A stretch of 64,000 nt of DNA from Candidatus Babelota bacterium (GTDB lineage: Bacteria; Babelota; Babeliae; Babelales; CAIQNR01), in assembly GCA_965658655.1 (NCBI GenBank), contig CBFHTA010000001.1, positions 296,722-360,721 on the forward strand. Reading direction: 5' to 3'. Below are positions 49,418 to 58,687 of the stretch, in pieces (position 1 is the first letter of the stretch; each line of letters begins with the position of its first letter). Made by a program: the position numbers and the translations under genes. Under the pieces are notes generated by a model. The model was not told the origin of the DNA and did not search any database. It was given only the letters and a program-made list of their open reading frames with translations.

Positions 49418-50482
49418 ATGCTGTATCATATTGCCTCGTATCTTCGGCCTTATTTCTCAGCCTTAAACGTTATCCATTACATTAGCTTTCGAGCCATGGC
49501 TGCTCTTTTAAGCTCACTGGCTTTTTCCCTTTATTTTGGCCCTTGGTTTATTAGGCTTTCTCAAAGGTTATTCAGGGCTAAAGTTCGGCCTTTTACTCCC
49601 GACAGCCACCAGGTTAAAAACGATATGCCTACTATGGGGGGCATTTTTATTATAGGGATTGTTCTTTTAACCGTACTTTTATGGGGTAATTTGGTTCGCC
49701 CTCAAATATGGATTGCGCTTGCTTGTTTGGTTAGTTTTGCCGGCATTGGTTTGCTCGATGATATTTCTAAGCTTACCGATTCTCAGGGGATTTCTTCTCG
49801 GTTGAAGTTTGCATTACAGTTTTTGGTTGCCGCTCTTATTGGTTTTTTTTGGGTGTGGTATGTTAACCCGTCTACAGAATTAAGTTTCCCTTTTTTTAAG
49901 AATTTTCATCCAGATCTTGGGGTGTTTTTTATCCCTTGGGTTATGTTTGTCTTAATTGGAACCAGTAATGCTGTAAACCTCACCGATGGTTTAGATGGTT
50001 TAGCTATAGGATCTTTAATTTCTAACTTTGGTACATTTGCTCTTATCTGTTACATCGCAGGGCATGGAGTAATCTCTCACTATTTACATATTCCGTTTGC
50101 AGGTACCGGTGAAATGGCAGTTGTAGGAAGTTCTTTAGTTGGGGCCTCGCTTGGCTTTTTATGGTATAACACTTACCCCGCTCAAATCTTTATGGGTGAT
50201 GTGGGTTCGCTGGGTTTGGGAGCGGTTTTAGCATTTATGGCGCTTTCGAGCAAACAAGAACTCTTACTTCCTATTGCTGGAGGTTTGTTTGTTGTTGAAA
50301 CACTTTCTGTCATTGTGCAAGTGTTATCGTTTAAATTTTTAGGCCGCCGTATGTTTAAAATGGCTCCTATTCATCATCATTTTGAATTGCAGGGGTGGCA
50401 AGAATCAAAGATTACCGTGCGCTTTTGTATTATTTCTTTTGTGTTGTGTTTAGTTGCGCTTATGACTTTGAAGTTGCGTTGA
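49418..50482 (+). CDS. mraY: Phospho-N-acetylmuramoyl-pentapeptide transferase
   Basis: PTMGG, LLDD, NAVNLTDGLDGLA, FMGDVGS and MAPIHHHFE motifs. Confidence 0.97.
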   Translation: MLYHIASYLRPYFSALNVIHYISFRAMAALLSSLAFSLYFGPWFIRLSQRLFRAKVRPFTPDSHQVKNDMPTMGGIFIIGIVLLTVLLWGNLVRPQIWIALACLVSFAGIGLLDDISKLTDSQGISSRLKFALQFLVAALIGFFWVWYVNPSTELSFPFFKNFHPDLGVFFIPWVMFVLIGTSNAVNLTDGLDGLAIGSLISNFGTFALICYIAGHGVISHYLHIPFAGTGEMAVVGSSLVGASLGFLWYNTYPAQIFMGDVGSLGLGAVLAFMALSSKQELLLPIAGGLFVVETLSVIVQVLSFKFLGRRMFKMAPIHHHFELQGWQESKITVRFCIISFVLCLVALMTLKLR

Positions 50483-51736
50483 ATATTTTGTATAGAGAAA
50501 CATTATAATCCCAATCATTAAAATTACAGTGAATCGTATTAATGGGCTCAGGCTAGTGAATATGAATCCTTGAAAGCATGCAATAAGTCCTGTGGTACAA
50601 GAAAGTAGTCCTATTTTGCTCAAGAGTGTTCGTTCTGCTCTGTGAAGGCTTATAACGCTAATGGTATACGCAGTTAAGCAACCGAGGGTGCTGGTATATT
50701 GGAGTGGGATTTGTGAGCCATAAGAAAACAATAAATGCATTAAACAAATAATACCTTCTACAAAAACACACAAATAGGGAATGTGGTATACATTCTCTTT
50801 TTTAAAGAATGAAGAACCGAATAAGTGTTTGTGTTGTGCTAGAGCAAAAAGATTCCAGACATTACTATACATAATCCCATAAGCTCCTCCTAAAGAAGAA
50901 AGAGCGATGGCTATAGAGGTCAGCGGAGTGAAGATATGGGCAAGGGCGGGAGAGACTTTATGAAAGAAGACAGGAAAGGCTTCTGTGTAATCGGGTTGTT
51001 GCGCCAACACTGGGCCTAGGGTTAAAGAGAATAATGTTTGGTAAAGGACAGCAAGTGTAACAACAATGCCAAAAGATATGAGAATAGCTCGTGCAGCATT
51101 TTGTTTTGAATTTTCAATATGTTGAGCGAGTGAGCACGTTGCTTCGAACCCTAAACAGCAAAAGAGTGTAAGGGGAAGTGCAACAGGTAAGTTTCTCCAG
51201 ATGTGGCTCGGTGCATGAATAGTAATGTTTCCAATTTTGTGAAATCCATAGAATACAATAAGGGTAATAGGAGCTGTTTTGGCAATAAGGAAGAATGATT
51301 GAATAGTGCTTCCTGCTCTAACATGCAAAAGGTTAAGGCCTACAAATAAAAATATGAGTACTGTGTCTATTCCGAGGGTGGGGTATACTTCTAAAGCAGG
51401 AATAACATCTTGTATAAACATAGAAAATACATGAATACCCAATGCGGCAGATGACAGTTTACCAACAAAGTAACTCCAGGAACTTACGAAACCCCAGAAT
51501 GGATTAATGTCTGCGCCGTAGGTATAAAAACTTCCACCTGGGTGTGTTTGCGTTAAGCGAGCAATACACAAAATTAATGGCAGCATAATGGCAGCAGCAA
51601 GGAGGTACAAGGTTGATCCCCATAGTCCCATTTTCTTTGCTAATAAAACGGTATTCACAAAAACACCACTTCCAAGCATAATGTTTATGTTGACCAATAA
51701 AGCAGCGATAAGCGAGAGTTTGTGTTGCTTTTGCAT
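50450..51736 (-). CDS. APC-superfamily amino acid permease
   Basis: NIMLGSGVF, GGSFYTY and GFEA motifs; about 12 TM segments. Confidence 0.9.
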   Translation of the reverse strand: MQKQHKLSLIAALLVNINIMLGSGVFVNTVLLAKKMGLWGSTLYLLAAAIMLPLILCIARLTQTHPGGSFYTYGADINPFWGFVSSWSYFVGKLSSAALGIHVFSMFIQDVIPALEVYPTLGIDTVLIFLFVGLNLLHVRAGSTIQSFFLIAKTAPITLIVFYGFHKIGNITIHAPSHIWRNLPVALPLTLFCCLGFEATCSLAQHIENSKQNAARAILISFGIVVTLAVLYQTLFSLTLGPVLAQQPDYTEAFPVFFHKVSPALAHIFTPLTSIAIALSSLGGAYGIMYSNVWNLFALAQHKHLFGSSFFKKENVYHIPYLCVFVEGIICLMHLLFSYGSQIPLQYTSTLGCLTAYTISVISLHRAERTLLSKIGLLSCTTGLIACFQGFIFTSLSPLIRFTVILMIGIIMFLYTKYSTQLQSHKRN

Positions 51737-51830
51737 AGTGTTCCTTAGAGTTCTTTACACACGTCTTTTTTGTTGTATATACCCAAGTGAAGTGTTTTTT
51801 ATTTTTACCACAAATTACAAGGAGTGGCTA

Positions 51831-52802
51831 ATGAAGCAGGTAATACAGGCCGTTACAGCTTTAATAGGAATAAGTTTTTTGACTACATCTGTTTATGCGC
51901 GGCCCCCTATGCTGGGTAAGTTTTTTAAGAATTCAGTAGTGGTTGCACAGAGTTTTTCTTCTCAAGCAAGAAAAGCAAAAGTAGCTCATGTAGATATGGG
52001 AGGTACCCGTGGAGACAGCTATTGTAGTCAATCTCTTAAGGCATTTGAGGAGGCAGTTGAGTCATTAAATGTTGAAAAAGAAAATGTGCACAATCTCATT
52101 TATGATAAAATGGGAATGCCTAAAAAAACACATTTAAGAGAAATTTTGTTTAGCGATCAAGGCATTGATTTATTTGCCGAAGTAAATGGTCGTTATCCTC
52201 AAGAAGCTGATCTAGATAATGCTTATAAAGTTTTTGTGAAAGTGCAACGTGAATTGTTAAAAGACGGTTATCCAATTATTCCAGGATATGCTCAAGCAGA
52301 AAAAGAGATGAGAGACATGGGTTTATCTATTATTGGAACCACTGATTATGATTCAGACTTAAGAGATTGTACAGATTTGTGGCTGAGGTATCAAGGTTCA
52401 GATGTAGATGATTCTATTACCCCAGAAGAAGCTGGTGGAGGTGGTTGGCCGTCTCCGGAGCAAATTTTTGAGGTTATGAAAAAAGCGTATAAATTACGCG
52501 GAGAATTTGTAAAGCCACATGAAATCGTAACGTTTGATGATACTTCCGCGGGAATAGAGGCAGGGCGCAACGCAGGAACCTGGTGTGTGGGTATCGCAGG
52601 AACAAGTATTTTGCAAAATCAATATCCAGGAGATTTTACAACCATTAGTAAAGTATTATTAAGAGCTGGAGCACATTTTGTTATTGATTCGGTTAGAGAG
52701 GCGCCGGACGTAGTGCAAGATATTAATATTTTTATGGAAGATCCATTAATGAGCCCCGAGACGTTTGTTGCACGTTTAATTCAAAAAGAAGAGAGTGATT
52801 GA
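51831..52802 (+). CDS. Phosphonatase (PhnX)-like HAD hydrolase with signal peptide
   Basis: AAGGAG RBS before ATG 51831; DMGGT, MGMPKKTH, DDT..GIEAGRNAG.WCVG and AGAHFVIDS. Confidence 0.8.
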   Translation: MKQVIQAVTALIGISFLTTSVYARPPMLGKFFKNSVVVAQSFSSQARKAKVAHVDMGGTRGDSYCSQSLKAFEEAVESLNVEKENVHNLIYDKMGMPKKTHLREILFSDQGIDLFAEVNGRYPQEADLDNAYKVFVKVQRELLKDGYPIIPGYAQAEKEMRDMGLSIIGTTDYDSDLRDCTDLWLRYQGSDVDDSITPEEAGGGGWPSPEQIFEVMKKAYKLRGEFVKPHEIVTFDDTSAGIEAGRNAGTWCVGIAGTSILQNQYPGDFTTISKVLLRAGAHFVIDSVREAPDVVQDINIFMEDPLMSPETFVARLIQKEESD

Positions 52803-52843
52803 CTGAGAGAGGTATCTATTTAGGCTTTCTATAAGAGGTATTG

Positions 52844-52876
52844 ATGGGGTGCGTCTTTGCGTACTTCATTTTTTTG
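52844..52876 (+). terminator. Probable terminator
   Basis: ATGGGGTGCG/CGTACTTCAT stem with G-U pairs, followed by a T run. Confidence 0.5.
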
Positions 52877-52950
52877 ATGATTTTACCTTTTTCTTTTCTG
52901 AGACTATAATGAAAGTTATTTATTATTTATAAAATGGGAAGGAGTGGTTC

Positions 52951-53634
52951 ATGCAACTACTAAGGTTAGCTCTAATTTTATTATTGAGTCCTCAATTATT
53001 AATCACAAAAGAGTCTGAGACTATTGAGATTTCAGAGAAGAATAATTATACCAGAAATCAGAGTATTGATGGATTTAAAACGGCATTGAGATCTTTGGGT
53101 ATTGACCCAGAAGTGAGAGGAATCGAGCGAATACTCGCTGATTATTCCAGTACAGCAGACAAAAGAAATTTCCTTGAAAAGCTTGTAATGAGCGCTGAGG
53201 GTAGTGCTCAATTTCAAAAGAAGAATGGCAGAAAACCAACCAATTCTGATGTTGAATCTGCATATGAGGTCTTGCTTGGTCATTACGAAACAGTTGCTCA
53301 AAAGGTTTGCGTTGCTGCTGAAAATGAAACTATAGAGGGGGGTTTAAAGGCCATATCGAATGGTAATATTGCCTCTCAATTATTATATTCTGCTACTCAT
53401 GGATATAATAATTTAAAATCCGGATGTTCACATGATTTAACGCATGCACATCATCATGGGCATAATCACCGTCATTCAGAAGGGGAAGATGGTCTTTCTA
53501 GTGCCCATAAATGTTCGCATGGCCATGGTTCTCATGAACATCATAATCATCACCATAACCACCATCACGACCATACACGTGCGTCTGGTAGTGTTGATGT
53601 TGTAATAGGTTGCGCTTGTTCACAGTGTGGATAA
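52951..53634 (+). CDS. Exported protein with a PhnX-cap-like segment and His-rich/Cys C-terminal tail
   Basis: Aligns by eye with the cap region of the upstream gene; ends HEHHNHHHNHHHDH...CACSQCG. Confidence 0.7.
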   Translation: MQLLRLALILLLSPQLLITKESETIEISEKNNYTRNQSIDGFKTALRSLGIDPEVRGIERILADYSSTADKRNFLEKLVMSAEGSAQFQKKNGRKPTNSDVESAYEVLLGHYETVAQKVCVAAENETIEGGLKAISNGNIASQLLYSATHGYNNLKSGCSHDLTHAHHHGHNHRHSEGEDGLSSAHKCSHGHGSHEHHNHHHNHHHDHTRASGSVDVVIGCACSQCG

Positions 53635-54357
53635 CAAGTAAAGAGCTAATGATCCTGCAATAGCAGCATTTAAGCTTTCTGTGTTTTTATTCATGGGTAA
53701 TGTAATGTGCGTTTTGCAATCAGCAATTTGATCTGGTGAAAGACCATGTGCTTCGTTGCCCACAACTAATAAAAGATTCTTGTTTGATTTAAGATTTTGT
53801 GGAGGTTGTCCACCCTTTACCACTAACGCACAAAGTGTAAAATTCTGTGTGTTCTTAATGAGTTGTTTCCAAGACCATTGTAGGATTATAAGGTGAGCTA
53901 CAGCTCCAGCAGATGCTTGAATTACTTTAGGAGAAAAAGGATCGCAACCATCAACAATAACTGCGCTTTTAGATCCAAACGCTGCGGCTGAACGAAGCAA
54001 TGTCCCCATGTTTCCAGGATCAGTAATATTAGAAAGAACGAGCCCAGAGTAAACAGTACTGCTTGATTTTGGATAAGAAAAAACAGCAACTATGCCACTT
54101 GGGGTCGTTGCGGCACTAATTTTTGCCATAACATGATTAGAAACTATAATTGGTTCTTGTTTAAAAAGATTTTGGGCATCTTCTGCCATCTGTTCTGTAG
54201 TAAAAAGTTCTATTGGACTCCAGTTGTTGTATGCGAAGCTTTTGAGCACTCGGGTACCTTCGGCTAAAAACTTTTTTTGTTCTTTACGGCCTTTAGAGGA
54301 GTGGAGTTTAGTAATGGTTTTTATAAGTTCATTTTGAACTGATGTTATATTTTTCAT
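53620..54357 (-). CDS. TrmH/SpoU family RNA methyltransferase
   Basis: DPGNMGTLLRSA, VGNEAHGLS and ESLNAA motifs. Confidence 0.93.
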   Translation of the reverse strand: MKNITSVQNELIKTITKLHSSKGRKEQKKFLAEGTRVLKSFAYNNWSPIELFTTEQMAEDAQNLFKQEPIIVSNHVMAKISAATTPSGIVAVFSYPKSSSTVYSGLVLSNITDPGNMGTLLRSAAAFGSKSAVIVDGCDPFSPKVIQASAGAVAHLIILQWSWKQLIKNTQNFTLCALVVKGGQPPQNLKSNKNLLLVVGNEAHGLSPDQIADCKTHITLPMNKNTESLNAAIAGSLALYLLSTL

Positions 54358-54375
54358 AGAGCCTTAGTATAACAG

Positions 54376-54882
54376 TTACCAGTAATAGTTGTAGTAGGGT
54401 CTATTACCATATGGTCCCCAACCTCCCCAAGGGGTATAAAATGGATCAGAACTCATGTAATAGTATCCACGTTGACGATAGCCAAAGCCAAAGCCAAAAG
54501 AGACATTGGGGCCAACGTTTACCTCTGGTCTTCGATCTTTAATATCAATTACTTTTTCTTCTAAAGAGCCATCTTCATCGTAAAAGTTGAGGATTACAAT
54601 ACCGTCTTCCATACCGGTTATTTCGTGCTTACCATCCTCTATTTCGGTAATGTATACCTTACCATTACTTTTAGGGTTTACAGTAATAGTGTTGTAGCCA
54701 CGTATAGTTTTGCTTTTGCCCACACGAATATTTTTGAGGCTTCTTAGGTTAGAACGAGATTTTCGTTTTCCCCTTTTCTTTTTTGTAGAGGAAGTTTTAG
54801 AAGTAGAAAAAAGGCCTGTATATGTTTTTTCTACATAGCCTAATGCCAGCAATGTAATAAGTGTGAAATAAATTTTTTTCAT
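54376..54882 (-). CDS. Exported protein: basic cluster, small beta domain, Gly/Tyr-rich tail
   Basis: GGAGG RBS; signal peptide; KKKRGKRKSR; GFGFGY...YYNYYW. Confidence 0.65.
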   Translation of the reverse strand: MKKIYFTLITLLALGYVEKTYTGLFSTSKTSSTKKKRGKRKSRSNLRSLKNIRVGKSKTIRGYNTITVNPKSNGKVYITEIEDGKHEITGMEDGIVILNFYDEDGSLEEKVIDIKDRRPEVNVGPNVSFGFGFGYRQRGYYYMSSDPFYTPWGGWGPYGNRPYYNYYW

Positions 54883-54975
54883 TCTAACCTCCACTTAAAA
54901 AATGGGCCCCAACTTTTTCCTTTTTTAATTAAAGTTCAAGGCCCAAATTTTATAAGACTTATGATTAATTAATTC

Positions 54976-55359
54976 TTATAATGATGCTGCGGTTAAAGTG
55001 CTCATTTTTTCGTTTAAATCTTTGCTTGGTTTAGATCCCCCCTTATATTGTTTTGCAAGTTTTTTTGTTGCAGTAAAAGCTTTACTTACTGCATCTTTCA
55101 CAACGGCATCTTTTATATCTGAGTGGCTCGCTGTTGCCTTTGCATCATTGCAAGCATCATAAGCTCTTTTTTGCTCTTGAGTTTGAGGAAGGCTGCTAAT
55201 TGTTTGTTGTAGTTTTGTTACCGCGCTAAACACCTTGTCTTTGTGGTCCTTGTCCTTATTCAGATGTCCTAGATGGTATGATGCATGCATAACATCTTTG
55301 TTAGCTTGAATTGTTACTGCACTTACTAATAATGTAATTGCTAATAGTTGTTTCTTCAT
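54976..55359 (-). CDS. Hypothetical exported helical protein
   Basis: Signal peptide MKKQLLAITLLVSAVTIQA. Confidence 0.7.
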   Translation of the reverse strand: MKKQLLAITLLVSAVTIQANKDVMHASYHLGHLNKDKDHKDKVFSAVTKLQQTISSLPQTQEQKRAYDACNDAKATASHSDIKDAVVKDAVSKAFTATKKLAKQYKGGSKPSKDLNEKMSTLTAASL

Positions 55360-55395
55360 TTCAATCTCCTTTTTAGTTACGGTTAATTAATTCTT
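55342..55395. repeat. 54-bp perfect direct repeat, copy 1 (leader, RBS and first six codons)
   Basis: Identical to 55925-55978. Confidence 0.95.
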
Positions 55396-55942
55396 ATTTT
55401 TGTAATTCTGTTACTATCGATTGTAATTTTTTAGCATTATCGTTAAGAGTTTTTGCGGCAGGTAATGATTTAACTGTACTTATCTTTTGTATATTATTAT
55501 TAGCACGTTGTGTGTAAGTATTTGTCTCTGTAATTCCTGTAGCAATCTTTGAAACGTCACCTTCCTCTAGAGCCATAGATAACGGTATAGTATTTGTCGT
55601 GATTGACATAAGAGAAAGAAAAGCCTTCACGTTGGATATTTTTTGTAGTTCTTTTATTTTCATTAGAATCTCTGTCGCTTCTTTGATAGCTTTCAAGATA
55701 GGTTTTAAATTGGCTTTATATTCTGCAAGACCTTTTTTTAACGCAGCTTCTGCATTTTTTAAGTCTTGCGCAATAGTAGCGGCACCTTTCTGTGCGGCTG
55801 TTTCTACGCCATGTATGTCTCCTTCTCCCTTGTTCTTCAAATGCTGATAATCGTGAACTGGATTAAGATCATGCCAGTGAAAATCAGCATTTATTTGTGT
55901 TCCACCGACTAGCAGTGTGATAATTAATAGTTGTTTCTTCAT
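55394..55942 (-). CDS. Hypothetical exported helical/coiled-coil protein
   Basis: Signal peptide MKKQLLIITLLVGGTQINA. Confidence 0.7.
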   Translation of the reverse strand: MKKQLLIITLLVGGTQINADFHWHDLNPVHDYQHLKNKGEGDIHGVETAAQKGAATIAQDLKNAEAALKKGLAEYKANLKPILKAIKEATEILMKIKELQKISNVKAFLSLMSITTNTIPLSMALEEGDVSKIATGITETNTYTQRANNNIQKISTVKSLPAAKTLNDNAKKLQSIVTELQK

Positions 55943-55978
55943 TTCAATCTCCTTTTTAGTTACGGTTAATTAATTCTT
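55925..55978. repeat. 54-bp perfect direct repeat, copy 2
   Basis: Identical to 55342-55395. Confidence 0.95.
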
Positions 55979-55987
55979 TGTTCTTAT

Positions 55988-56596
55988 TCATTTCTCATCT
56001 TTTTTGTTTTCTGTCTCTTTTACTTTAATAGAAACTGTTTTGCCTTCTTTATCTTTTAAAATTGCATCTTCTTTTCCATAATCAATAGCTTTAATCTTTA
56101 ACACTTTATATTTTCTCTTATCACTTCCTGTCAGGGTGATATTTTTTGTTCTTATGCTTCCAGCTTCATGTTCATGCTTATTGTCTTGATGAAATTCATT
56201 GCCCGGAGTAATTTTAAAGTATTTCTTTTCGCCTTCTTCCATTGTTATATGTGAAGGAAGGGCTTTGGCAGCTACAATAATAGTATAGCCTTTGCGTTTT
56301 TTGGTTTCGCTTTTTTTCGAGTTTTTATTTACTATTTCAATAAAGGCTTTTCCTGCTTTATGGGCTGTAACTTCCCATTTTTTGTGGTCGACTTTTTTTA
56401 CAGAAGCAATGTTTGAATTGCCAGAAACAAGAACTTTGTTTTTTCCAGGTTTAAATCTTTTGGTTTGTTCTGGTACCATGATTGAGTTTTTTGAGCTAGC
56501 TTTTTGAAAAGCAATATAAGCACCAAGAATTATAAATTGAGTGGTTCCTATGTATCCTGCCAATGCTAATGCAATAATTAATATTTTTTTGCTCAT
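55988..56596 (-). CDS. Exported/anchored protein with two small Ig-like (Big_2/pilus-N-like) domains
   Basis: SGNSNIASV..WEVTAHKAGKAFIEI and LKIKAIDYGKEDAIL. Confidence 0.6.
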   Translation of the reverse strand: MSKKILIIALALAGYIGTTQFIILGAYIAFQKASSKNSIMVPEQTKRFKPGKNKVLVSGNSNIASVKKVDHKKWEVTAHKAGKAFIEIVNKNSKKSETKKRKGYTIIVAAKALPSHITMEEGEKKYFKITPGNEFHQDNKHEHEAGSIRTKNITLTGSDKRKYKVLKIKAIDYGKEDAILKDKEGKTVSIKVKETENKKDEK

Positions 56597-56616
56597 TTTA
56601 TTTCCTTCCTTTTGGC

Positions 56617-57015
56617 TTATTTAATAGTTATTTTTATTCTTTTAAAGAGTACGGCCCGAGATTGTATTGGTCTTTTGTATTTTTTAGTTAAATAGTTACT
56701 TATTCTTCTTTTTAATCTTTTATTGTGAGTAATAGTCAAAGTGTATTCTCCAGCGCTAGGAGCTTTGAATTTTAAAATGTTTGCAGTGCAAATACCTTGT
56801 GAGATTACTTTTCCATTCTTATTTTTGAGCTTATAATAGGTTTTAAATTGATTGTTATCAACAAGATTGCTATAAACACCTAATATTTTCTTTGCATTAA
56901 GTGCATAGTTACGGCCTGCCTCAAACCCTGTCATTAAGTTGACCTGTTTAATTCTGTTGGTTGCGTGTATGTTTACGCTTACTAGCGTACATAGGGCTAT
57001 TAAAACCTTTTTCAT
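56617..57015 (-). CDS. Small exported basic beta-sandwich-like protein
   Basis: GGAG RBS; signal peptide; LKFKAPSAGEYTLTI. Confidence 0.6.
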   Translation of the reverse strand: MKKVLIALCTLVSVNIHATNRIKQVNLMTGFEAGRNYALNAKKILGVYSNLVDNNQFKTYYKLKNKNGKVISQGICTANILKFKAPSAGEYTLTITHNKRLKRRISNYLTKKYKRPIQSRAVLFKRIKITIK

Positions 57016-57129
57016 GTTGATCTCCATTTAACCCTAAATTTTCCATTAATACTAAACTAACAAATCTGAGAATTGAAAATCAAGGATAATTTGTCTTAGA
57101 GCCTATATTGATTCTTTTTGGGCTTAAAT

Positions 57130-57447
57130 TTAAATCTCTATGCTGACATGAAATAGAGATTTAAATTCATCTTTTAAGGTTTTTTTGAAAAGGGCAAAAG
57201 TTCCTTCGGGAGCTCCAGACTTAGGTTTTATAGTGCAAGAATGAATGTGTTGATCTTGTAAAGAGTCGACTGGCTTGCAAGAAATTTTAAGATAATCTTC
57301 GTTCTGTTTGTGGACGCCAATAGGTCGTTTCCTATGGGGAGAAACTAAAGAAAATGTATGAGGATTATCACGAGAAATATTAATTACTTTTGCGTGAACT
57401 GATCCTGTTATTATAAGCATTGTAATTACAATAAATTTATTTTTCAT
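57130..57447 (-). CDS. Small exported beta-rich protein
   Basis: GGAGGGAG RBS; signal peptide ending VHA; two Cys. Confidence 0.6.
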   Translation of the reverse strand: MKNKFIVITMLIITGSVHAKVINISRDNPHTFSLVSPHRKRPIGVHKQNEDYLKISCKPVDSLQDQHIHSCTIKPKSGAPEGTFALFKKTLKDEFKSLFHVSIEI

Positions 57448-57553
57448 CTCTCCCTCCATTTTTTAGATGCTAACGAGCGTTAACATAAAACCATATGTAT
57501 TTATTATAATGCTACAGGATCGTATTATTCAAGGTTTTTTAAAAAAGAAATTT

Positions 57554-58684
57554 TTAAATTTCGTCATTAAGAATTTTTGACCTTAAATTCTCCATATATT
57601 TCATCATAAAATGAATATTATGAATACTCGCAAGGTGATAGGCGGTTAATTCATGGGCCTTGAACAGGTGCCTAAGATAAGCAATGGTATAGTTTTTACA
57701 GGTATAACAGGCACAGTCTTTTTCGATAGGTTTAAAAATATTTTGGTATTTTGAGTTTAAAAGTTTAATAGATCCTTGCAGTGTAAAAAGTGTTGCGTGC
57801 CGAGCGCATTTGGTTGGGTAAGAAGAATCCATGGTATCTACGCCTAGTTTTACCACAGGTTCGATTGAGGTTAAATCTCCAATACCCAATAAATGGTTTG
57901 GTTTTTCGGAAGGTAAAAACGCCATCATTTTTGTGAGCATCTCAAACATTTGAGTATGATTTTTGCCGAGAGACCCACCAATTGCATGACCATCAAAATC
58001 AAGGTTACCTAAAATTTTACAACTTAACTCGCGTAGTTCAGGGTCAATACCACCATGAATTACCGAATACATTGCCTGCTGGTTTCTGTTTTTTAAATGA
58101 TGATTCAAAGAACGTTCTTCCCAGCGATGAGTTCGGTCGAACGAATGTTTAAGTTTATGAGGATTTGTGTGGTACGGAGGAAGTTCATCAAAAGGAATAA
58201 TAATATCTGCACCTAGATTTTTTTGTGCTTGAACAGATGTTTCTGGTGTAAGTAGAATTTTTTCTCCATCACGATACGATCTAAATAAAACACCGTCTTC
58301 ATTGATTTTAAGAACACTGTTTGATGTTTGCTTTTGCCCCTTGCTCTTAATTTCACTTGTTACACCGCCATACATTAAACTAAAAACTTGGAAACCGCCG
58401 GAGTCAGTTATAATTGGTTGCTTACGATTCATAAATTTATGCAAACCGCCAGCTTCTTTAATAAGTTGTGTTCCTGGATGCAGCATAAGGTGGTAAGTGT
58501 TGCAGAACATAAGTTGCACATTAAGTTGATCAACCAATATACTATCGAGTGCTTTCATGGTTGCGTTTGTACCAACAGGAACAAAATTAGGAGTTTCAAT
58601 AATGCCATGTGGTGTATGAATCTTACCAACACGAGCTTTAGATTTTTTAGATTGGTGGATGAGTTCAAATGTAAAGAAAGACAC
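57554..58684 (-). CDS. tgt: tRNA-guanine transglycosylase (Chlamydia-like, probably queuine-inserting)
   Basis: TPNFVPVGT, TDSGGFQVFSL, DELPP, IGGSLG and the CACYTC...H zinc site. Confidence 0.95.
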   Translation of the reverse strand: MSFFTFELIHQSKKSKARVGKIHTPHGIIETPNFVPVGTNATMKALDSILVDQLNVQLMFCNTYHLMLHPGTQLIKEAGGLHKFMNRKQPIITDSGGFQVFSLMYGGVTSEIKSKGQKQTSNSVLKINEDGVLFRSYRDGEKILLTPETSVQAQKNLGADIIIPFDELPPYHTNPHKLKHSFDRTHRWEERSLNHHLKNRNQQAMYSVIHGGIDPELRELSCKILGNLDFDGHAIGGSLGKNHTQMFEMLTKMMAFLPSEKPNHLLGIGDLTSIEPVVKLGVDTMDSSYPTKCARHATLFTLQGSIKLLNSKYQNIFKPIEKDCACYTCKNYTIAYLRHLFKAHELTAYHLASIHNIHFMMKYMENLRSKILNDEI

Positions 58685-58687
58685 GGA

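Noticed and set aside
51588..51830. N-terminal extensions given by the ORF track (51588 here; also 21651, 48853 and 59524)
   Set aside because: They overlap neighbouring genes or promoter DNA. Downstream ATGs with an RBS or a family-typical N-terminus are better starts.
54897..55978. CRISPR array or integron attC sites
   Set aside because: There are only two full repeats, 583 bp apart and containing an RBS and start codon. No RYYYAAC/GTTRRRY ends, cas genes or integrase were found.
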